The notes: generated by a model not told the origin, from the sequence alone. DNA of 64,000 bases from Candidatus Omnitrophota bacterium (GCA_043803685.1 JAZDJU010000037.1:169518-233517); one strand, 5' to 3'; counted from the stretch's first letter, positions 47,210-57,084 are shown. Program-made: numbers and translations.

Positions 47210-48529
47210 TTACAAAGGCTGGCTGACGGGAAGCTCGAAATGGAAAATCGTTCCCTTCCCCGCTTCGCTTTCGACCCAGATCCGGCCCCCGTGCGCTTCG
47301 ACCGCCATTTTACAAAAAGTAAGACCGATCCCTTTCCCCACGCTTTTCTTCATTTCCACGTTCTGGACCTGCGCGAACTTTTCGAAGATCTTTTCGTGAT
47401 ATTCGGGCGGGATCCCCCGGCCCTCATCGCGTACTGAAAAAAGGACCGTTCCCTTTTTCTCCTGAGGCGCCGCCGTGATCTCGATCGAAGTTCCGACCGG
47501 CGAAAACTTAAAAGCATTCCCGATCAAATTGAGGAACACCCTCCGGATGAGAAAAACATCCCCGCAGATCCCGGAGACCGGCGGCTCGATCCCTGAACGC
47601 AGGGTGATCTTCCGGGTCTTGGCCATCTCTGAAAAATTCCGGAGAATGTCTTCGACCAGCTCCCCCACCTGGATCTTTTCATGCTTTAAAACCATCTTTC
47701 CTTCTTCCATCTTGCTGATGTCCAAAAGTTCGGAGATCATCGCGATCATTTCCCGGCTCTCCCTCAAACAAAGTTCCAGGACCCGGTCCACGTCCGCCTG
47801 CCCTTTTCCGCGCACTTTACCATCCAGATATTCCAACCCTTCGAATACCGCGTTCAAGGGATGGTTCAGGTCATGGACGATCATCTGCGCCAGCAATTCC
47901 TTGGTCCGCTCGAGCTCCTTGATCTGGCTAATGTCCCGGGAGACCCCGAACACGCAGGCGATCTTTCCGTCCTCGTCTCTCACGGGAGCCATGGTTTCGA
48001 GGCAGACCTCGCGCACTGAACCTTCGTGCGTATGCCGGATCTCGATCGTCTCGATATTTCCTTTCTGGGCTTCTTGAAAAGCTTCGATGAATTTATGCCG
48101 GTCCTCTTCAACAATGCCTTCCAGGAGATCACACCGCTTCGCCTCCTCGAGGTCCTTCAGACGGTGCTCCTGGAGCCCGCCGCGATTGATGTAGATCAGC
48201 TTGCGATCCATATCAAAAAGCTTGATGCAGTCCGGAGAAGTTTCCGCTAGCGACTTGTACCGCTCTTCACTCGTCCTCAATTGCTTTTCGAGTTTTCCCC
48301 GCATTTGATTTTCCCTGACAAGAGGCGCGACGCCGAACAGATAGAACAGGGGGAAAACGACAAGAGCCAGTACCGCGCTATCGAGAAAGGCTTTCAAAGA
48401 CGGTGGGATGTTCCAGGGGGCAGAGTCGAAGAGATACATGATCCCGAGCTCGATCAAAAAAATACATGCGCTCAGGAGGATCAGCAGGAAAAAAGCCGGA
48501 GACTTCTTTGTCTCTTCTGGGGTTCTCAT
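47210..48529 (-). CDS. Membrane PAS-domain sensor histidine kinase
   Basis: Two TM segments, PAS (SPDCIK..GVSRDI), MIVHDLNHPL, NAFKF, DEGRGI, GIGLTFC. Start MRTPEE. Confidence 0.9.
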   Translation of the reverse strand: MRTPEETKKSPAFFLLILLSACIFLIELGIMYLFDSAPWNIPPSLKAFLDSAVLALVVFPLFYLFGVAPLVRENQMRGKLEKQLRTSEERYKSLAETSPDCIKLFDMDRKLIYINRGGLQEHRLKDLEEAKRCDLLEGIVEEDRHKFIEAFQEAQKGNIETIEIRHTHEGSVREVCLETMAPVRDEDGKIACVFGVSRDISQIKELERTKELLAQMIVHDLNHPLNAVFEGLEYLDGKVRGKGQADVDRVLELCLRESREMIAMISELLDISKMEEGKMVLKHEKIQVGELVEDILRNFSEMAKTRKITLRSGIEPPVSGICGDVFLIRRVFLNLIGNAFKFSPVGTSIEITAAPQEKKGTVLFSVRDEGRGIPPEYHEKIFEKFAQVQNVEMKKSVGKGIGLTFCKMAVEAHGGRIWVESEAGKGTIFHFELPVSQPL

Positions 48530-48596
48530 CGTTCTTTCTTCGGCTGAAAATTCCCTTCGCTTGACCTGGAAAGTCAAGGCTACGTGGCGCGCGGTA

Positions 48597-48654
48597 CGAA
48601 ATAATGGGGTCTGACCCCTTTTTCTCGAAATAATGGGGTCTGACCCCTTTTTCT
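48597..48654. repeat. Perfect tandem 2 x 29-bp repeat with palindromic core GGGGTC-T-GACCCC
   Basis: cgaaataatggggtctgacccctttttct at 48597-48625 and 48626-48654. Confidence 0.92.
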
Positions 48655-48656
48655 CT

Positions 48657-49094
48657 CTACGTCTGTTTCGCCTGCTCGGCAAATCCGAGGATGTAACCGT
48701 TGCAATCCCGGATGTAGAATTCCTTCATCCCGTACCAGGTCGTGGCAAGATCTTTGAGCATTTCGACCCCGTTCTTTTGGAACTGGCCGTAGAGCTCGCC
48801 GACATTGTCGACATCGCAGTAGAAAGTGGCGGAGGCGCCCAGAGGCGCGCCTTTGAGCGCCGGGACATCTTCTTCGTAGACGTCCTTACGCATGAACATC
48901 ACGAACACTTCATCCCGGCACACCATGGCGTAGACATAGGACTTGCCGCTGACAAGCCCGGTCTCGACCGTCTTTTCGTTTTCCGGCACAAGCATCGCGA
49001 GCTTAAAGCCCAGCTTTTCCGTGTAGAACTTGACGGTTTGTGCCACATCGGAGACCATAAGATCCGGCGTAAGCTTCTTAAATTTGATTTCCAT
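48657..49094 (-). CDS. VOC/glyoxalase/bleomycin-resistance family protein
   Basis: LTPDLMVSDV..TVKFY..LGF, TWYGMKEFYIRDCNGYILGF. Confidence 0.9.
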   Translation of the reverse strand: MEIKFKKLTPDLMVSDVAQTVKFYTEKLGFKLAMLVPENEKTVETGLVSGKSYVYAMVCRDEVFVMFMRKDVYEEDVPALKGAPLGASATFYCDVDNVGELYGQFQKNGVEMLKDLATTWYGMKEFYIRDCNGYILGFAEQAKQT

Positions 49095-49149
49095 GGAACC
49101 CTCCTGATTTTTCAAATGCTGCCGCTCTTGTGGGTGCAAACGCCCCGAT

Positions 49150-49755
49150 TCACGCCGCTTTCGCTTTTCTCCTGAAAAAATGCTCGAAAAGCGCCAGAAG
49201 AGGAATGATCCAGAAAATATCCGCGGAGATCCACGGATTGACCTGCGACAGGATCATGGCGACCGCGGCGACGCCCATAAAAAGGAGACATTTATTCCTG
49301 CCAAAAGCAACGTTCGAACCCCCGATCTCAGGATCCACCAAACGATGTCCGCCCGTCGCGTAGGTCCAATTGACGAGGAAGAGCAGACCCACAATGAACA
49401 GATTGGCCCCAAAGAGGATCTCCGCGAGATCTTGATCCGGGAATTCCGTCACAAGCGACGTGGAAAAGGGAAAAAGCGCGATAAAAAAAAGCATGAGAAT
49501 GTTGATCCAGATATGCGCGCGGTCCGTCCGCTTGATGAAATGAGCTTGCTCATGATGCTGGATCCAGAAGATCGCCAGAAGCGCGAAGCTGAGCGCGTAA
49601 TTGACAATGTCGTGGATCTTGAGGCGCATCATCATCATAAAACCTTCGCCGTGGATCACCGTCTCCCGTTGAGGGACCACGACCGTCATCACCAAAAGCG
49701 TCATCACGATCGCGAAGATCCCGTCCACAAGCGTCTCGATCCTGTTTTTCTCCAT
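49150..49755 (-). CDS. TMEM175 (DUF1211) family potassium-channel-like protein
   Basis: RIETLVDGIFAIVMTLLV, YALSF..LAIFW..HH, LFPFSTSL. Confidence 0.88.
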   Translation of the reverse strand: MEKNRIETLVDGIFAIVMTLLVMTVVVPQRETVIHGEGFMMMMRLKIHDIVNYALSFALLAIFWIQHHEQAHFIKRTDRAHIWINILMLFFIALFPFSTSLVTEFPDQDLAEILFGANLFIVGLLFLVNWTYATGGHRLVDPEIGGSNVAFGRNKCLLFMGVAAVAMILSQVNPWISADIFWIIPLLALFEHFFRRKAKAA

Positions 49756-49852
49756 AAAGTACTCACCGAAACGACTCATCACAAAATCTCCGTTTTATAC
49801 AGGCCCCTTCAAATAGCGCCGGCACCGTTCTTGGCCGGAGAAAGCGGCCGGT

Positions 49853-50752
49853 TCACACTGAAGCGATATTCGCTTTCAAATAGTCCTGATAGATGTCCAG
49901 GATCTCTTCGCGTTCCAGGTGCAGAAAATGACCGGCGTTCGGGATAATGCGCACCTCGGTGTTAGGGATCAGCTTTGAAGCCGCCTCGAGATCGCGATTA
50001 TCAAGCAATTGATCATCGGCCCCATTAATGATCACCGTTTTCGCGCGGACTTTCCCGAGGTCCGCGTAATCCGTTAAATGGCTCGTCGAAGCGATCACCT
50101 TGATATGCTCATAAAAAGAATCGAATTGCTCGTTCGTCAAATTCTGGAACTGAAGGATCATTCTGCGCTTATTTTCTTCGGAAAGCCGCTGACCGAACAT
50201 TTCAATAATGAGTTTCGCTCCGTCGCTCCGGTGTTCGCTGAAATACAATTGGCGCGCGCCCTCGACCACCTTCATCATCTGAGGCGAAGGCTGAAGTCCG
50301 AAACTTGCCAGAAGCAGGAATTTGACGCGCTCGGGGTCCCTCGCGGCGTAGATCGCCGCAATGACCGCTCCCCAGGAGGCTCCCACCAGGTGAATGGGTT
50401 CTTCCGGTTTCAGGATCGCATGGATCAGGGAGCGCAGGACCTCGACCTGCTCATCAATGCTGACGGCGGCGCTCCCCGATAAAATAGTTCCGCGGGCCTG
50501 GCCCGGCGCATCGTAAAGAAGGATCCGATAAGAGCCCGAGAACTTCAACACAGCCGCGTGCCAGGAAGCCATGGTCTGCTGAGCCCCGTTGACACAAATA
50601 ATAAAAGGCCCCGAATGACCGTAGATCCGGTACGTGACACGGAACCGCCCGAGATCGCGCTTCCCTTTCTCCGCGGGAACGATCCGTAAAACAGGACGCG
50701 CCTCCTTTTTCACTCCGTCAGAAGAACGATCCACCTTTTCAGAATTCTGCAC
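49853..50752 (-). CDS. Alpha/beta hydrolase resembling RhlA/PhaG 3-hydroxyacyl-ACP acyltransferases
   Basis: VNGAQQTMAS, LVGASWG, INGADD, GHFLHLE. The fold is secure; the subfamily rests on remembered similarity. Confidence 0.75.
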   Translation of the reverse strand: MQNSEKVDRSSDGVKKEARPVLRIVPAEKGKRDLGRFRVTYRIYGHSGPFIICVNGAQQTMASWHAAVLKFSGSYRILLYDAPGQARGTILSGSAAVSIDEQVEVLRSLIHAILKPEEPIHLVGASWGAVIAAIYAARDPERVKFLLLASFGLQPSPQMMKVVEGARQLYFSEHRSDGAKLIIEMFGQRLSEENKRRMILQFQNLTNEQFDSFYEHIKVIASTSHLTDYADLGKVRAKTVIINGADDQLLDNRDLEAASKLIPNTEVRIIPNAGHFLHLEREEILDIYQDYLKANIASV

Positions 50753-50815
50753 GTCAAAACCCCCTCAATCAATGGCCCGCGGCCCGCGTTTTGAAATTTA
50801 GCTTTCTACCGGGGT

Positions 50816-51466
50816 TCATGCCCCTTCCTTCCGGACCACCGAGGCCATAAGGGCCTGCGAGTCCACCACAGAATGATCCCCGAACCAAATGGCCCACAGA
50901 GTACGCGCGAAAAGCTCGCTTCTCGCGTCGCCCAGTTTTTGCCCGTTCAGCTCCAAATACACACGCCCGCCGCTGATCCAGCGCATCACAAAAACATCGC
51001 CTTTATTCACCGGGCGGACAAAATAGCCTAGCATCTGTTCTACCAGGGGTTCGATCTCCCGGTATTCTGACGGCGTGGTATTCAGTTCAAAATCCTCTCG
51101 CAGGACCCGGATGATCTTTTCAGCCGGCACATTGCGGGCATATTGAATGGTCAGCTGCTTCGCGGGCCCGTCCACTAAGAGGTCCCTCACCCTGAGAGAG
51201 CCGGCGCCTCGTGGGATCTCTAAATAGTGCGCGATCGCGTAAACTCTGAAGAACCATTTGGTGCGTGCCGCGATCCCGGTCAACCGGAGCGTATGATCCT
51301 CTCCGTCTTGCGAAAACCGGACCTCGGAAGGAAAAGCGATCCCGGTCACAGGCTCCACAACACTTGTCTGAAGCTCGCCGGCGACTCCCTGCGCTCCCGC
51401 TCCCGCGACGAGCAGGAGGGATAACATCCCGGTCAAAATGAGTTTTACCTTAGGATCTTTTTTCAT
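50816..51466 (-). CDS. Secreted chalcone-isomerase-fold protein
   Basis: Signal peptide, TGIAFP, L.LTG...RTKWFFRVYAIAHY, FARTLWAIWFG. Confidence 0.85.
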   Translation of the reverse strand: MKKDPKVKLILTGMLSLLLVAGAGAQGVAGELQTSVVEPVTGIAFPSEVRFSQDGEDHTLRLTGIAARTKWFFRVYAIAHYLEIPRGAGSLRVRDLLVDGPAKQLTIQYARNVPAEKIIRVLREDFELNTTPSEYREIEPLVEQMLGYFVRPVNKGDVFVMRWISGGRVYLELNGQKLGDARSELFARTLWAIWFGDHSVVDSQALMASVVRKEGA

Positions 51467-51660
51467 GCTTTTTCCTGTGAGAGTTCGTCCTTGAGACTAA
51501 GGTCGAGCGAAAGATCCTGCAACCCCGTCCCGTGATGAATTTGGCCCATGAAGTCTTCGTCATCCACGCCCCCTGTCTTGAGCCCTTTTGCGCCGCATGT
51601 TCTATCCGAAAAATTTCATAGACGGCTCCGTCCACGCTGTGTGGCGGATATCCTTCTATT

Positions 51661-52179
51661 CTACATTTGCTGGCTGTCGTAGGCCCAGTGAAGCACGGCC
51701 TGCCGCTGTCTCGGACGGCACGCCAGGTCCCCGCGGACGCAATTCTTGCGGATCTGCGTGATGTGCCGCCTGATCGCGAGCCATCGCCGGACCTGGCGGT
51801 CATCTTCTTCCGGGATCCTCCGCCCCCTGTAATAGCGACAATACCATTGGAACCATCCCCGCGGATCTTCGGAAGAGATCCACCGTTTCTTTCTCCAGAC
51901 CGAAAGCGGCTGGCTTGCGTTCACGCCGAAAAAATTAAGGGCAGGGTCATGTTTTTCGGGGCACAGCTTCGCTTCCCGGAACCAGTCCCGAGGAAATTCT
52001 TTTTGGCAGTCCGTCATGTATTTACCGCCGAACACCCCCAGCCGCAGCATTTCCTTCGGCGTCAGTTCGGGCTTGAACCGGGGATCGAAATTCTTTCCCT
52101 CAGGCTCGGAAAGAACGTACCGGTATCCCTTTTGCATCTTATCGTTCACCGTGACCATCTTTTTTTTGCGTCTAGCCAT
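51661..52179 (-). CDS. Conserved hypothetical basic, Trp/Arg-rich protein
   Basis: PELTPKEML.LGVFGGKY, DPRGWFQWYCRYY.GRR, RQRQAVLHWAYD; AAAGGA RBS. Confidence 0.85.
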   Translation of the reverse strand: MARRKKKMVTVNDKMQKGYRYVLSEPEGKNFDPRFKPELTPKEMLRLGVFGGKYMTDCQKEFPRDWFREAKLCPEKHDPALNFFGVNASQPLSVWRKKRWISSEDPRGWFQWYCRYYRGRRIPEEDDRQVRRWLAIRRHITQIRKNCVRGDLACRPRQRQAVLHWAYDSQQM

Positions 52180-52469
52180 ATCCGCCGTTCCTTTTTCGCT
52201 TGTTCAAGGATACCGGGCACCGCGCGCCGTTCATTGTTATCCCCGTCCGCCATAAGGCGTTGGACGGATCCGCTGCTGCTGTCTGGCGGACATGAATTCA
52301 GCGGCGCTAGCTCTCATCAAAAATCTTATTGAACCTTTGACATATTCGGTGCGAAATCACCGGCCGGCACGCTCGAAACTGCAGACGTCAGATGAAAATG
52401 GCGGGGGAACCTTGCGGAGTTTCAACTTAGAAAAGCATTGCGCCGTCACCCCGCCCCCCCTAATAAAGA

Positions 52470-54101
52470 TTAAGGATAAGGAATAATGATCGGATCTTTT
52501 TTTTCTTCCGCTTTCGGCATTCGCTTCCCCATATCTTCATCCCACTTGAGAAGCGGCTTTTTCAACTGATCTACAATTTCAGGATGCTGATCAGCGACGT
52601 TAACCTGCTCATACGGATCTTTTTTGAGATCATACAGTTCCTGCGGCTCAATATTGATTTTCTGTTTTGATACAAAACCCCACCATGACATTTCTTCCAA
52701 AAAGGCCTTATTGCGCCTTAGTATCAGCTTCCAATCCTTGGTTCTGATGCCGATATCATAAAGGGGGTATTGATCCTCGGGATGTAACCGATAATAATCA
52801 ATGCATTTTGTTTTATACTTTTCGAAAAATTCCTCCTCCGCATCCGTAATCCACTGTCCACGCTCTCTTAAGCGATCTTCCACCAATGAAACTCGCAAGG
52901 CGTCTTCCCACAAAGGTATCCGGATCATATAAGCATACGGACTCAGCCCCTCTGTCTTGCCGCGCTCGATCAAAGGCATCAACGTATGGCCCTGAGACTC
53001 ATGAGGCGCGGGTATATCAAGATAATCCAGTATTGTTGGTACAATGTTAACGCCTTGCACCTGAAAATCGATCTTCTTGCCTTTAAACTTCCCCCCCGGG
53101 AACTTTATCATCAGCGCATTCTTCACTTCCGTATCGTAAATATCATAATGTGAAAAATAACCATGTTCTCCCAGGTCTTCACCATGCACGGAATACAAAA
53201 CGATCAATGTCCTGTCTAAAAGACCGGACTCTTTAAGGACCGACATGAGTTTCCCGATAAACTGATCGGTATAATGTATCCCTGCGTCATACCTTGAAAT
53301 AATGTACCCGACGTCTTCTTTCTTAAGTTTGTACGGCACAGCAGAATCGCCATAACAATAGCCTTGATAGATCCTCGAAAGAACACCCGCTGGCACCGCT
53401 TGCTTATTATTTATAAATGAAGAGCCGACCTTAAAGAACGGCTCATACCCCTTTGTATCAAAAATGCTTTTATGCGGCTCAGGAACTCTCCAAGAATAGG
53501 GCCAATGCACTGTGCCCAAAGGAAGCCATAAAAAGAATTTCTTAGACTTGTTCATCTTGATCCAGGTTAATGCTTGGTCTGGAATAACGCGGTATCTGCT
53601 CGGTTGATAGATATCAAAGGACCGGCTAAAAATACTGCCGGGATCATTTATTTTTCCATCACGGTCTTGATATTGCCGAAAAAATTCTGGCGAGCCCAAA
53701 AAGGCCGCGTTGGTATATCCGTATATTTTAAAAATATCAGGCAAAACCGGTGGGATTACAAGTTTACTATCTGTCTGAAATGAAACAACGCCGTTACTTT
53801 TCGGATATTGGGCCGAAAAGATACTCATCTGGCTTACAGGCGTTAAATAGGCCTGTACAATGAAATCATTAAAAAGCACTGCTTTTTTGGCAAGGCTATC
53901 TATGTTTTTACTTGTCTTCCTTCGATAGCCATAACATCCCAAATGGTCATTCCGGAGCGTGTCAATCCCGATAAAGATGACGTTTGTATTCTTATGCCGC
54001 GGCCGCGCCTCACCAGCATAACTGCTTGTGCCTAGAACAAAAAAACAACAAACAAGCAAGAACACCCTTTTTGCGAATAAAACATCGGTCAATATTTTCA
54101 T
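52470..54101 (-). CDS. Sulfatase-like hydrolase/transferase (non-canonical motif)
   Basis: NVIFIGIDTLR.DHL, YLTPVSQMSIFS, YSVHGE, ELYDLKKDPYE; signal peptide; AT-rich. Confidence 0.85.
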   Translation of the reverse strand: MKILTDVLFAKRVFLLVCCFFVLGTSSYAGEARPRHKNTNVIFIGIDTLRNDHLGCYGYRRKTSKNIDSLAKKAVLFNDFIVQAYLTPVSQMSIFSAQYPKSNGVVSFQTDSKLVIPPVLPDIFKIYGYTNAAFLGSPEFFRQYQDRDGKINDPGSIFSRSFDIYQPSRYRVIPDQALTWIKMNKSKKFFLWLPLGTVHWPYSWRVPEPHKSIFDTKGYEPFFKVGSSFINNKQAVPAGVLSRIYQGYCYGDSAVPYKLKKEDVGYIISRYDAGIHYTDQFIGKLMSVLKESGLLDRTLIVLYSVHGEDLGEHGYFSHYDIYDTEVKNALMIKFPGGKFKGKKIDFQVQGVNIVPTILDYLDIPAPHESQGHTLMPLIERGKTEGLSPYAYMIRIPLWEDALRVSLVEDRLRERGQWITDAEEEFFEKYKTKCIDYYRLHPEDQYPLYDIGIRTKDWKLILRRNKAFLEEMSWWGFVSKQKINIEPQELYDLKKDPYEQVNVADQHPEIVDQLKKPLLKWDEDMGKRMPKAEEKKDPIIIPYP

Positions 54102-54119
54102 ATGCCCACCACCCCTACA

Positions 54120-55565
54120 TTATGGTTTCTTATAATCTGGCGCCTGAGAATCATAAACAGGATTACAACCGGTCTCCCAACGCTTGTCAGGGTCTGAACC
54201 GAATGATTTCAAATGATCGAAAAGCCTTTGTTCCAACTCATACGCTTTCCGCTTCTCCCGGTCAACCAGGTTCAACAATTCCTTTGGATCATTGTTCAGA
54301 TCATACAACTCCCGATTCTTATTCTCCAACGTATAGATAAACTTCCAGCCGTCCACCGTGCGCACCATGCGCTTATACGTATACTGCCGATAATCAGTTT
54401 CCGCATACACATCCCTGGAACCGGGAACCCCTTTCATTTGAGGCAGCAGACTTCTTCCTTTTAACTGCCTGGTTACATTTTCCGGAAGATCAAGAGACAT
54501 CAGATCAAGGATCGTGGGCATTACATCGATACTGCTGACCTGGTCATCGATCATGCGCCCCGCGGACTGATCTGGAACAACAATGATCAAAGGGACATGG
54601 ATCAATTCATCATAAAGCGTAAACCCATGGTCTATCCTTTGATGCTCAAAAAGTTCAGTGCCATGATCCGAAGTCAAAACCAATATCGTTTTTCTTGTAA
54701 GGTCCAGTTTATCCAATTCTTTCAAAAACGCGCCAAACAGACTGTCCGAACGATTTATTTTTTCATCATAAACCGCTCTCCAGAACTGAACATCCTGTTC
54801 CCGCACATTGACTTTACCGTTTGCCAAACCCTCTTCCCGCAACGCCTCCTGCTCTTCGTTCGTGCCTTTATATTTATGATCGTATGTTTTATCTACAAAA
54901 CGATAATCAAATCCGGCCGATGGCTCAAACTGGCCATGGCAGTCATAGCCATGCAAAAACATAAAAAACTTCTTCTCCTTATTTTTGTTTAGCCATTCAA
55001 CGGCCTTGGGAATGCTGTGATCCATTCCACCGAATTTGCGGTCGTCAACATAAACATCAAAACCGCGACTAAACCCAAAAACGCCTTTCACTCCGGCATC
55101 GCCGGTAAACCCGGCTGTTGCATATCCGTTATTTTTAAAGATCTCAGCCAATGTCACCAGATCCGGCGACAATTCATTCAAGTTCGAGATTTTCTTAACC
55201 AAAGAATTGTAAATAGAGAATTTATTAACAACTTTATGCTCTGAGGGGAAAACTCCGGTAAACCATGACATCGAAGAGGGCACTGTCCACGAAGCAACCG
55301 AAAAAATGTTCCTGAAGCAAAACCCTTTCCTGGCCATGGCATCAATGGCAGGCGTAATATTCCGCTCATTCCCTAACATTTGAACATGTTTAGCCTGCAA
55401 CGCATCGAAACTTACAAAGATCACATTATAATCTTTATATTTAAATGAAGGTTTCCGGGAAGCGCTTTTCTCGTCAGCAGATGCCCATGAAGGCCGGATC
55501 AGGGAAAAACAAATAAGGAGGAAGAAAACACCCTTACCCAAAGACCGATTCAATAGACTTGCCAT
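54120..55565 (-). CDS. Sulfatase-like hydrolase/transferase (Thr motif)
   Basis: NVIFVSFDAL, SWTVPSSMSWFTG, TSDHG, HVPLII, ELYDLNNDPKE. Start MASLL after AGGAGG. Confidence 0.88.
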   Translation of the reverse strand: MASLLNRSLGKGVFFLLICFSLIRPSWASADEKSASRKPSFKYKDYNVIFVSFDALQAKHVQMLGNERNITPAIDAMARKGFCFRNIFSVASWTVPSSMSWFTGVFPSEHKVVNKFSIYNSLVKKISNLNELSPDLVTLAEIFKNNGYATAGFTGDAGVKGVFGFSRGFDVYVDDRKFGGMDHSIPKAVEWLNKNKEKKFFMFLHGYDCHGQFEPSAGFDYRFVDKTYDHKYKGTNEEQEALREEGLANGKVNVREQDVQFWRAVYDEKINRSDSLFGAFLKELDKLDLTRKTILVLTSDHGTELFEHQRIDHGFTLYDELIHVPLIIVVPDQSAGRMIDDQVSSIDVMPTILDLMSLDLPENVTRQLKGRSLLPQMKGVPGSRDVYAETDYRQYTYKRMVRTVDGWKFIYTLENKNRELYDLNNDPKELLNLVDREKRKAYELEQRLFDHLKSFGSDPDKRWETGCNPVYDSQAPDYKKP

Positions 55566-55692
55566 ACAAACCCTCCTGTTTTTACTTCTATTTGAAACCC
55601 TTCGTCCGTAAAACCGGACGGCGGCACGCTGATTAGAGCAGAACGTCACGTCCGGCAGAGCTTGCGACTGTGTTCTCCCGCCTTGCCAAGGT

Positions 55693-57066
55693 CTACTGTG
55701 AAAGGCGGTACGTCACCAACCATTCGAAACCGAGTTTGCCGGGCTTGGTGTAGATCACGGCCTTCTGCTTTCTTGGGACGATCTTCTCATAGGTCTCCCT
55801 GTTCGTCCTTAGATCTTGCCAGGCGCGTCCCGGTCTCCAGGATTGGACGGTCATCTTGTAGGTCCGGGAATGTTTGGACCTGTGGCTCCTTTTGTCCACG
55901 ATGACCATTGTGTGACCCACCGGCGCGGAGGTGTCGTTCATGCCGTTATAAAGACCCGTGAGAGCACTCCCGAGAAGCAGAAAACCCGCGAGAGCGAAAG
56001 AGCCAGCCGTCAGGATATCCCGGTGCGACCTTGAGTTCCCTGCCAGGGTGGTGACCGCGAAGTACAAAAAAATGGCCAAGGCCGGCAGGGAAAATCTCAA
56101 AGAAAAAAGGAACAGCTTCCCGGCGTCAAAGACAGGATAGTTGCTCGTAGTCCAGATCGTGCTGATAAGACCCGCGAACAGGGATCCCACGGCAAGACCG
56201 GTCATCAAAACGCGATTAAAAGCAAACCTTCCGCCTGTCCGGCCCAAAGAGGCTTCAGGAGGCGGAGGCATATCTTTTGCCAGAACTGCCATAGCTTCGG
56301 CAGTCTTCTTCAGAGCCGCAACCCTATCCGCGTGGGAAGAACTCCCCTTCGAGGTCCAGGAGGACCAGATCGCGCTGATAAGATCCGCGGTGAAGGATCT
56401 CGAGACAAGACTGAGCATCCGAACGCGGTTCAAAGCATCCCCTTCGGCGATTCCGCCTAAGGAAGCAGCGTCGGGACACGAGGGGATCTCTTGGGCCAGG
56501 ACCGCCAGCGCTTCGGAGGCGCTCTTGATGGCCGCGACCCCGTCCGCGTGCGAAGAACTCCCTTTCCAGGTGACCGTAAGGCCCTGGCCTTTATGCGTGA
56601 CAGTCGAGGCTTTTGTATCGAAAAGCCGTCTCACCGCCTCCCTTTTTTCCGGGAATAAAAAATAGCTTTGCGCGAATTGGGGCGTATCGGAGGCGATATA
56701 GAACCGCCGATTAAATTCCTCCTCCGGCGTTTGGACTTCCCGGACCACGCCGACGTTCTTGAAAAGACGTTCGGCCCCGCCCTCTCCGGAGATCTCGAAT
56801 TCTCCGCCCGTCCCCCGGCACTCCACGGAAACCGAAAAGCTCGGCGGGCTGTTGCGCGAGCCGTCATATTTCTTGTAGGAGAAGTTCAGGTCCCGGTATT
56901 GGAACGAGGGCTTCTTCTCTTCCCAACGGAGTTCCGGATCGTTCAAGGCGCTCGCCAGCATTTCCCGGAAATGTCTGTCGGACGCACGACGGGAAAAAAT
57001 CGCCGCGATCGCCGAGGCGATCACGACCACGATCACGACCAAAGACAGCCAGTTATAGGGACACAT
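55693..57066 (-). CDS. Hypothetical membrane protein with an internal 72-aa tandem duplication
   Basis: N-terminal TM, KGSSSHAD..AA..AVLA..ASLG..NRV repeated at a 216-bp offset, three further TM segments. Confidence 0.75.
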   Translation of the reverse strand: MCPYNWLSLVVIVVVIASAIAAIFSRRASDRHFREMLASALNDPELRWEEKKPSFQYRDLNFSYKKYDGSRNSPPSFSVSVECRGTGGEFEISGEGGAERLFKNVGVVREVQTPEEEFNRRFYIASDTPQFAQSYFLFPEKREAVRRLFDTKASTVTHKGQGLTVTWKGSSSHADGVAAIKSASEALAVLAQEIPSCPDAASLGGIAEGDALNRVRMLSLVSRSFTADLISAIWSSWTSKGSSSHADRVAALKKTAEAMAVLAKDMPPPPEASLGRTGGRFAFNRVLMTGLAVGSLFAGLISTIWTTSNYPVFDAGKLFLFSLRFSLPALAIFLYFAVTTLAGNSRSHRDILTAGSFALAGFLLLGSALTGLYNGMNDTSAPVGHTMVIVDKRSHRSKHSRTYKMTVQSWRPGRAWQDLRTNRETYEKIVPRKQKAVIYTKPGKLGFEWLVTYRLSQ

Positions 57067-57084
57067 CGGTCTTCCTCCTTTTTT

